This document shows positions 49,451 through 64,000 of a stretch of 64,000 bases of DNA, piece by piece; positions within the stretch are counted from its first letter, which is position 1, and each line of letters starts with the position of its first letter. The stretch spans positions 124,001 to 188,000 of the forward strand of contig NIVC01000363.1 in the NCBI GenBank assembly GCA_002269645.1. The letters are read 5' to 3'. A program made the position numbers and the translations under genes. The DNA comes from Macrostomum lignano. Its lineage: Eukaryota. A model generated the notes under the pieces. It was not told where the DNA came from. It searched no databases and saw only the letters and a list, made by a program, of their open reading frames with translations.

Positions 49451-49957
49451 AAGAGAGGTCACAGCGTGTTAAAATATTTTTTAGATAGGCTACCGGTTTC
49501 GAGCCTCTAGGCTCTTCGTCAGGACAAATTGGCATATATTGCAATGCAAGTTTGCCCTTTTTACTAGTATGATAGGCCGGCGGATGTATCATCTAATAAC
49601 AAGCTGCGTTCTAAATAGCTCTACCAATTAATGTCCCAGAGGCTTTCAACAACCAGTCATTTTAATTGAAAGTTATTTGCAGGGTATTATAAAAAATTTT
49701 CGAAGTACCAAAATTAACCAATTAAATAAAATTCGGGGTATTAATTGGGAGCATAAATTGAAGTCGATGTTGCGAGTACGAAAGTTTGAAAAATTAAACA
49801 GACGACAATGTACACATCAATTTATTGTGTGGTGGGTCTCCAAATGCAAGGATACCGCCATGCATGGTTAAAGCGGTTCATTGCAATTGGTTTCCAAAAG
49901 TATAGTATAGTATGCGTGTGACTGTTTAGGGGTCGCCGGGTCGGGTCGCCATCATCA

Positions 49958-51779
49958 TGATGGGTTTCGGCCTTTCGGCCCCCTTGTGGGGAAGCCTTCG
50001 GGCCTCAGGTCTCAGAAATAAATCAATTAGAGTCCTGGCCCCCACTCCTGTCAGATATGGTCAGCCCCATGGTAGCTTGATCATGTGGCGAGCAGTCTAG
50101 GTCCTATAGCTAAGAGAGGGACAGCGAGAGACAAGCAAGGAGGATTTTGAAGGTAGAAATTAGTTAATCCGCAGATTAGCTAGCTCGCTGCCACCAGCCC
50201 GTACGTCCTGGCTCACCACACCGGGACTCTCGAAATCGGGCTTCCGAGGGGCTTTGCACTTACCTGCCAACTAGTGTCTTTTTGCTGTCAATCTCGAAGT
50301 CATAGCCGATGATAAGGGACACTGCTGGGACTAGATCGCATTGGCCATGCAGGTACAGAGGGGACTTGTGCAGGGGATTCTTGCAGTAGCGAGTCTATGG
50401 GGTAGCTACATGTACTATTACATTGCTAAATACGAGGAATTGTACTTTTGGCCTTCAACGCGCCAACTAGCCTCTCCTAGCGCTGATGATAGGCTAACTC
50501 GAACATCAGAGACCGCATGATTCATCACCCGAGCCGCTTGGCTAACCTAGAGTGCACAAAGTACATCTCTGGCGCCGATTCTGCACTACTGGCAGTTTCG
50601 CTAACTGATTTGTTAGATTGATCGACTGAGAACTGCCTTGCCATTGGTCCACTGTGACCGGCGCCTACTAGCTTAGCCGCTCATCTGAGCCATCGGCGAA
50701 CAAAGAAATAAAACCGATAAAAAATAACTGTTAGATTTAACATTCTCCTTAGATCACTTCACACTTCAGATTGAATTGGAGCTTTAGACTACTAGCAGTA
50801 TTATCGAATGACTTCTGCCTCAGTAGCAGCACTACTGAACAAAATGAGCAAAAGTGTGCGCCTAATCCAGCTACTGAAACAGGGGACAGATAAGGAATCA
50901 CCCAATCAAGCAAGTCTAGGTAGCCTCACTACATGGACACCAAAATCCGTTGATTTTGGAGGTGGGGTGGGTGTCAACCCTCCTCGCCTCTCATTGGCTG
51001 CATGGCGCCCCGATCACTAGGTGATCGATACGCGTATCGATATCGGCGCTCGGCGCGAAAAACACCGGTTTAAATAGCCGCCAACTGGACCGCAGTTTGT
51101 TATAATGGGACACGTCAATTCTGATTGGCTGAGCCGAAAATGAGCGTCGAATTTTCTGATTGGCTAAGCTTGTTGCCACCCAGAATTACGTGACCGGGAG
51201 ATCCTATCAGTTCCCACAGGGTCGTAAAAACATGACAGGTGCGGCCATAAATCAATCAAAATCGCAACAAAATGATTTATGACTTTTCGCGTAGAATTGA
51301 CAAAAATTAATGAAAAAATATACATTAGAAAGCTCTTATTAAATAGAAAGTGAAGATAATGAGGAGATATCGCTAATTGCTAATCCCAAAGTACTTTTAG
51401 GGGTAAAACGCATAGCTGTCAAAGCTGTCACACGCTTGAGTGAATACGAACAATAAGCCCTGACCTCATAAATCTTGATGGCCTGTCAAAATGATGAGAA
51501 AAAAGCTATCATTCGCATCCCCTCAGACCATCTGGCGCCCGCCTCAACACTGAGTGAGGCGCAGGTGGCTGTCAGACCAGCTTCGAAAGCGATGATTTAT
51601 GACCCAAAAAGCTGCGCCTGTTATTATGCCTACTAGTATGACCAAACATTATATCTAGTATAGATTCTATGAAAATTCGCAGAAAAAGGATAAAAATGCC
51701 CATTGCCCACTGTTAGTAGGCTAGTAAGTTTAGAGCCCATGTGCTAGCGTGGAATTTGGGAAAAAGTGCGTCCTCATCA
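49958..51779 (-). mobile_element. Solo-LTR-like element, copy 2 (1822 bp)
   Basis: Ends TGATG...CATCA with 4-bp TSD ATCA (49954-49957 / 51780-51783). Collinear with 21804-23803 except for one swapped internal segment. Confidence 0.85.
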
Positions 51780-52009
51780 ATCACCCCGAAAAGTTACAAC
51801 TCCGAAAATCAAAATAGCATTGCCCATCATGAACCCGAAATATCATAACTCCGAAAGTGTTAGCAACGCCCATCATAAACCCGATTGAGAAAATATCACA
51901 AACCCGAAATATCATAACGCTAAGCAGCTACATGTGTAGGTGGCACAGTTATGCATGGGAGCATTATAATTAAGCACACATGGAGGTGCGCAGACAGTGG
52001 CGTGAAGTC

Positions 52010-52400
52010 ATCAGACGTTAAGTTAGACCAAAGCTTGCTGTGAACTGCAGGGAGGTGCAGTCCAAAGTGATGTACATGTAGTTCTGCACGCCGAACCTGG
52101 CGATCCACTGGGTCCTCACAATTAAAGGCAGCAGGTGCAGGGACGTACAGTACTGCATGCGGAGTTATAAAGTGCATGTGATACATGCAGGTGTCGACCG
52201 TTGGGATTGCCTCCGCCCATCTGGTGAATAGGTCAAATATCTTGCGAAGGCGGCAATGGCCCCAGCAGGTCGATGTGTACATGGACGAAGCGCTGGTTCG
52301 GGACTCGGAGGCCGAGTACGGGGCGGCGACATGACGCTGAACCTACATGTAATAAATGGCCGAGAACCGGGGCTGGGACGTCGACTGGGGCTGAGGGCGC
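52010..52400 (-). pseudogene. Decayed Gypsy/Ty3-type integrase (rve) fragment
   Basis: Frame-shifted pieces VQRHVAAP, RVPNQRFVHVHIDLLGPLPPSQ, DLFTRWAEAIPT and QFT/SKLWSNL match the integrase core pattern HIDxxGPLP..DxFTRWxEAIP..QFTS. Confidence 0.8.
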
Positions 52401-52721
52401 ACCCTATTTGCAAAAGGAAAATATTCTTATAGAAACCGGAGACAATTGCGAAAATTGATTTTGCTTTTTTAACATGCAAATTTTAGGCAATATGACGAGA
52501 AAAACATCTTGTTAAAATAAAAAACCAGGTCGTTTCTGTTTAAAGATGATTGGCTTTTGAATGCATTATGTTGTTTAATCTTAGCAAGCCTTTGAGCAGC
52601 TCCGTGAAAAGAATGAATTTCTCGATCAATAGCAAAGACAATTGCAAAGCTCTGAAAAAACAGCTTCTTTCAATTTCTGCAGCTGCCATGGATCTGTGTG
52701 GCGCTTGAAACAATAATAATA

Positions 52722-53020
52722 ATACATACATGTAATTGAGTACACCTGTCCTAATGGGATGATATGCAACCAACAGCTCAGCCGCAGCTATCGCGCAGCG
52801 AATCTGAAAGCTCGCTGCGTGTACGTTGTTCATTCCAAGGACTGGGGGGTCGCCACACACACCTTCAATTATCCCAGCTAATGCTGGCACCCATTTTACA
52901 GCTGGGTGAACTGAAGCAATGCAGAGTTAAGTGTCTTGAGCTCAAGGACACAAATTGTTCTGAGTGGGTCGAGAATCGAACCCCCCTCAGTTGTAAGTCC
53001 GAGCGGTAAAGGCAAGCAAA
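52722..53020 (-). mobile_element. tRNA-derived CORE-type SINE, copy 3
   Basis: Reverse complement carries B-box GGTTCGATTC, the CORE-like GACACTTAACTCTGCATTGCTTCAGTTCACCCAGCTGTAAAATGGG, the shared 3' body and an (ATT)n tail. Confidence 0.85.
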
Positions 53021-53552
53021 TTTTGTACTTCGGCCATAGAAATCAGCACAAATTATGCCAAATTTTCAGCAGCAATGTCTCATAGCAACCATGTTTAACC
53101 ATCCATGTAGTAAAAATAAGAACTATCAACATTGAATCAAGTTGTTTTAGCGTATCTCAACGTCAATAAAATACATGAAGTTCATGTATCGCATCAATTT
53201 GAGGCATAGAAACAACTGTTGTCAGGCTAGTGGAACAATCGTGAGGCAAAACAGACATTTGAGTTGACCCATCTTGCGTTCTTATTGTAGGAGCTGTGGT
53301 CACGATGTAACACAATCAATGGTGTCAGATGAGATAGAGTAGGTTCAAACTCTGAGATCCATATTCTCAGTGCTGTAGAAAATATTCGGTCTGCACTATC
53401 CCAAACTTGTCCCAAAAAGTAAGGTTTCTAATAAAGTCCGAGAGGGATAAATAAAATCGTGAAAGAAAAAACACACAACTGCAGCGCTGCAAAATGTTAA
53501 GCCTCTCAGACGCCGAAAGTTAAGCTAAAGATGAATCGACAACCAGCATGCA

Positions 53553-54513
53553 TCAGCATTCACCGCCGAGATTTTCAAAATCACTCATCGACAAGCTTCT
53601 ATTCCAGAGGCCAAAGCACCGAATTCTTCCACTCAGAGTCTTCGATGCGTCATTGTGCTTGCATCTGAGAAGGACGTCGGTTCCAGCACGGACAGATTGA
53701 AGCCTTGTCCCAGTGCTACCAACGACAAGTTGCCTTCCATTGTAGTAGGCACTGAAAGCTACTCCGTAAGTGACACCTATGGACACGGTAGCGGTTCCAG
53801 AATCAGTGATTTGACCAGTTTTCTGTCCGTAAGCACTGACCTTGGCATTTCCAAAGACAATTCTACGGTTCGACTCCATTAGGAAGGCTTCAACGCTCGA
53901 TTCGGCTGAGCTAGAAGAAGCGCGCATATAGTAAGTGCTGTACTTGTAGTCTCGCTCCGCCTTCACGTAGTAGCTGAACTCACCAGCCGGGCCCGCAATA
54001 TTCTGCACGCCGTTTGGCACCGACAGGCGGATGCAGCTTCCACTGCGACAGTTCAGAATTGCACCAGAAACGTTCCTTTGTGACGCGATTGTTAAGCTCG
54101 ACGTCAGCACGGTCTCGTCAGCCAGATTTAGCAGCGAATAGCGAAAGTTGTACCACGCGACTAAGCCTTCGGCAAGACCGCTCTTCTGCGGAGCCGCTGG
54201 CCGCTTGAACAGAGAGCTGCACCTCGAGCTGGTTCAACCAGTTGTCCTGCCATTGAGCTGATGTAGCCAGCAAGCATTTGGACTGCTCGGCACTGATGTG
54301 CACGGCTGAGCAGGCCTGATCGATGGCACACCGGTAAACGCAGCTCGGTTTAGACTCATACTTGACGCGAGTCCCGGTTGTATCGTCGTCGGTTTTCGGA
54401 CACAACGGCATCGAGTTGAAAGTCGTGCGCCCCAGCGGCGGACAGTTGCTGGTGCCAGCTGACTGGCAGTGCAGCAGAAACAGTAGAAGCAGCAACAGCA
54501 ACGATGACGACAT
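53553..54513 (-). CDS. Secreted protein: signal peptide, PAN/apple-like domain and ConA-like (LamG/pentraxin-type) domain; frame break near 54235-54186
   Basis: MSSSLLLLLLLFLLHCQSAG; CVYRCAIDQACSAVHISAEQSKCLL (PAN-like Cys spacing). The next reading frame gives GLAEGLVAWYNFRYSLLNL ... LSGRIRCFGLWNRSLSMSDFENL, typical LamG-like N- and C-terminal motifs. Confidence 0.6.
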
Positions 54514-55039
54514 TGTGGATTGATAGCACTTGAGAATCAACCCTGCGACAAATTACTCAAAAACGAGACGTGACAGGCCGACAGGTGTATTTAAGCAAAG
54601 CTACACGTGTTCCGATTGGTGTATAATAAATACAATAGGACTTATCGCTTCCGAAGCAAATCCTGCTCAGCTCAAAAAGGGCTGCATTTGTACCGGAAGA
54701 AGCCTTTAAATTTCACACGACCAGTTCTGTCAGTGTGCTGAGTAAACATGCTTGGATGGATTGTTTAGCCCAGTTTTCCAAATGGCCGGTCGGAGCTACG
54801 AGTATTCAAAGTTAACACAACGGAAGAATCAGTGTAAACATGCAGCTACATGTTGGGAGTCATAGGTTGAACGTTATCATGAGTTGACAGTGACAGTGAC
54901 TGTGAATGTTTACTCAATATCCATGTTTAACTTGTTCCTGGACTGCATCCTTCCATGCAACAACAATGCTCCTACCGGTATGCAAATAGACTTTTTGTAC
55001 TGAATCTGCTGGCCAAGCTGTTTGCCCATCTGCCTGTCC

Positions 55040-55724
<685 letters not shown>

Positions 55725-56182
55725 CTCTGATGGAACCATATCAACTTGACTTGGAGCAAGTCATCTGTGATACTAGTAAAGTAGTGAATGATTAATGGAT
55801 GATTTTGTTGAAACATTTACATCCATGCAGGAATAATAATCCAATTATGCCATGTCTTTGTTCAGCAAATTGCAGTCTGAAAGATGGATTGCCTTTCATA
55901 AATACATATATAGCTCTTAGAAATATGTTGATTAAATTAACAAGCATTTTCCTCGGAGTTATTGCTACATGCTGACTTTCGCACACAGTTTAAACGAAAC
56001 CAATAAATATGGCAGTTTTCTGTTGAAAAAAATACCGATAAAAAATAAACAATTGTTAGAATTCTTCAGGAGTAACAGTGAACTACATGTACATGTAGTG
56101 AACTGAATCTCCTATTAGAAGTAGTATAGTATGAAAAAATGGGATCTAAAGGCTTTTCTATGCGTGTTGGTAACCTCAGTCT

Positions 56183-56220
56183 CATTGGTTGGCTGACCGG
56201 CACTACAACAGCTATAAATG
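56183..56220 (+). promoter_or_regulatory. Candidate core promoter of the calmodulin-like gene (inverted CCAAT plus TATA)
   Basis: ATTGG at ~56184 and TATAAAT at ~56213, about 80 bp upstream of the ATG at 56295. Confidence 0.5.
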
Positions 56221-56294
56221 TGCTGCGCGTTTCAAAATAAATCGCTTCGGAAATTTCTGTGGAATATTTTAATTAAACTTGTTCGTCAAATGCG

Positions 56295-62554
<6,260 letters not shown>

Positions 62555-62977
62555 TATTGAAGCGAATATGAGTTGCCCCAAGTAACTATCCAAGTTTACT
62601 CCACTCTACACCGACTCAAACCTCGAATGAATTTATATGCCTTTTAAATAACATTTGTTCTTTATTGTACTACTATTAGTAGAGAAGAAAAAAATACACA
62701 ACTTTTATAGTAATTCTCGACTGCTACTTAACAAAAAGTTTACCAGGACCCCGCATATGTATTTAAATGTCTTTTTATATTATTAGAAACGTATTTATCA
62801 ATTTAAACAATATAAAGATAATATGAATAATGCAAATAATATAATAATATGCAAGAATATTGATTTACCTTATAGTATATACTTTATCATTTTAAGATCA
62901 AATTGCATACCAAGATTTCTCGGACTATCGAGCACAAACAGCACAAATCAATGTTTGAGTCAATTTTTAGTACATGC

Positions 62978-63460
62978 CTGAAGGTGGCTCTTTCCGCTCG
63001 GCAGTTGAGACGGTGCTGACCTACGGGCTGGAAGCCGTCCCCATGACTGCCACTCGTGAGGCGAGCTTGGAGGCCTGCCATCGCCACCTCCTGCGCAATG
63101 CCCTGGGCATCCGGTTCCCCAAGCGCGTGAGCAACGCTGAGCTGATGGCCTGGACCCGCGTGCCGTGCCTGGGCCGCACCTTGCAGAGGCGACGCCAGAT
63201 GTTGATCGGCCACTGCCTGCGGGCCCACACACGGGGCACTGGGCCGCCGCTCGCTGACCTGCTGCCTCAGCCCGCCTTGTGGGAGACTCCACCGGGGCCA
63301 GGCACGCTGCACCACTCTGACTGACACCTTTCTCACTGACTTGCAGGCTCTGGGCCTTACCCTTTAGTCTGCAGCTAGGCTGGACTCAGCTGTTTTCCAC
63401 CAGCCGGTGCTTCGCTGACCCCTGAGCCAGCGTCTGTTTAATAATAATAATAATAATAAG
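62978..63460 (+). mobile_element. 5'-truncated RTE-like LINE fragment with (AAT)n tail
   Basis: FRSAVETVLTYGLE..LEACHRHLLRNALGIRFPKRVSNAEL..LQRRRQMLIGHCLR matches the RTE post-RT region. Frameshifts present; (AAT)7 tail at ~63440-63460. Confidence 0.85.
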
Positions 63461-64000
63461 GCGAGTTTCTCATTTTTCATGGTAAAACAAAGCAGGAAAT
63501 ATTTTAACAAAAGTTGTCCTGCTAGAAAGAATTTATTTTATAAAGACAAAGATCATTATTGATAAAAGTTGCTTAAAATATTAGTTAGTGGAACATTAAT
63601 TATAAATAAAAAAATAAGGCAAACACTCTTTTTTTCTATATTTTAAACACCTTCGTGTTTATACCACGAGCAAAATATAATCTTGACAGGATTTTGCTAA
63701 AGACTTATTAAAAAATATTCAATTCCGTATAAATTTAATTTAATAAGTGTGTTGTGTTTGAATTCACTTCTATCCAAAAGATTGTCAAAAAGTAGTAAGA
63801 TAGAAATGACAAAATTGTAACTTAAGCTGCTAAATCAAAACATTCCAGGTGTATATAGCATGTTTTGGTAATGCTGGGTGTCTTACTTTCATATTATCTA
63901 CTTGTAGTAGGTAGTGCTAATATTAATTTTCAACTATCTAGTTTTCCCGATAGACTTAAAAACATGGAAAAACACTAAGAAGACACTAAAAGAGGAGGCA

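Noticed and set aside
52010-52400. Integrase as the internal part of the adjacent LTR element
   Set aside because: The LTR at 49958-51779 is bounded by its own TSD on both sides, so the relic is a separate older insertion.
54186-54240. Programmed +1 ribosomal frameshift in the PAN-LamG gene
   Set aside because: The TGA near the shift is in the +1 frame rather than frame 0, and there is no recognisable slippery site. A micro-intron or an indel is more parsimonious.

Overview
This is eukaryotic (animal) genomic DNA, not prokaryotic. Spliced genes with GT-AG introns sit among very dense minisatellites and microsatellites, which by my rough sum of array spans cover about 22 kb (~35%). The style (Ala/Gln-rich GC-rich exons, minisatellite-filled introns) suggests a free-living flatworm such as Macrostomum, but that is an inference. 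I reconstructed eight protein-coding genes by hand with phase-consistent splice sites: a 5'-truncated Ig-superfamily type I membrane protein (+, 474-6584), ICE2/NARG2 (+, ~11689-19221), an LRRN-like LRR-Ig-FN3-TM protein (+, 20764-26946), an Aurora kinase (-, 33261-29833), MOCS3/Uba4 (-, 43168-34745), SERP1/RAMP4 (-, 46270-46073), a secreted PAN/apple plus ConA/LamG-like protein with a frame discontinuity (-, 54513-53553), and a calmodulin-like 4-EF-hand protein (+, 56295-62554). Mobile DNA comprises two ~2 kb solo-LTR-like copies with TG..CA ends and 4-bp TSDs, three tRNA-headed CORE-SINE copies, two 5'-truncated RTE-like LINE fragments, a decayed Gypsy integrase relic and small MITE-like inverted repeats. 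Most long ORFs in the six-frame track are translations of tandem repeats and are artefacts. I found no clearly novel multi-gene system. The most interesting leads are the PAN-LamG gene (37-nt micro-intron versus indel), the LTR family with a swapped promoter-proximal cassette, an amplified CCAAT/E-box unit upstream of Aurora, and the per-intron minisatellite architecture with shared motifs.
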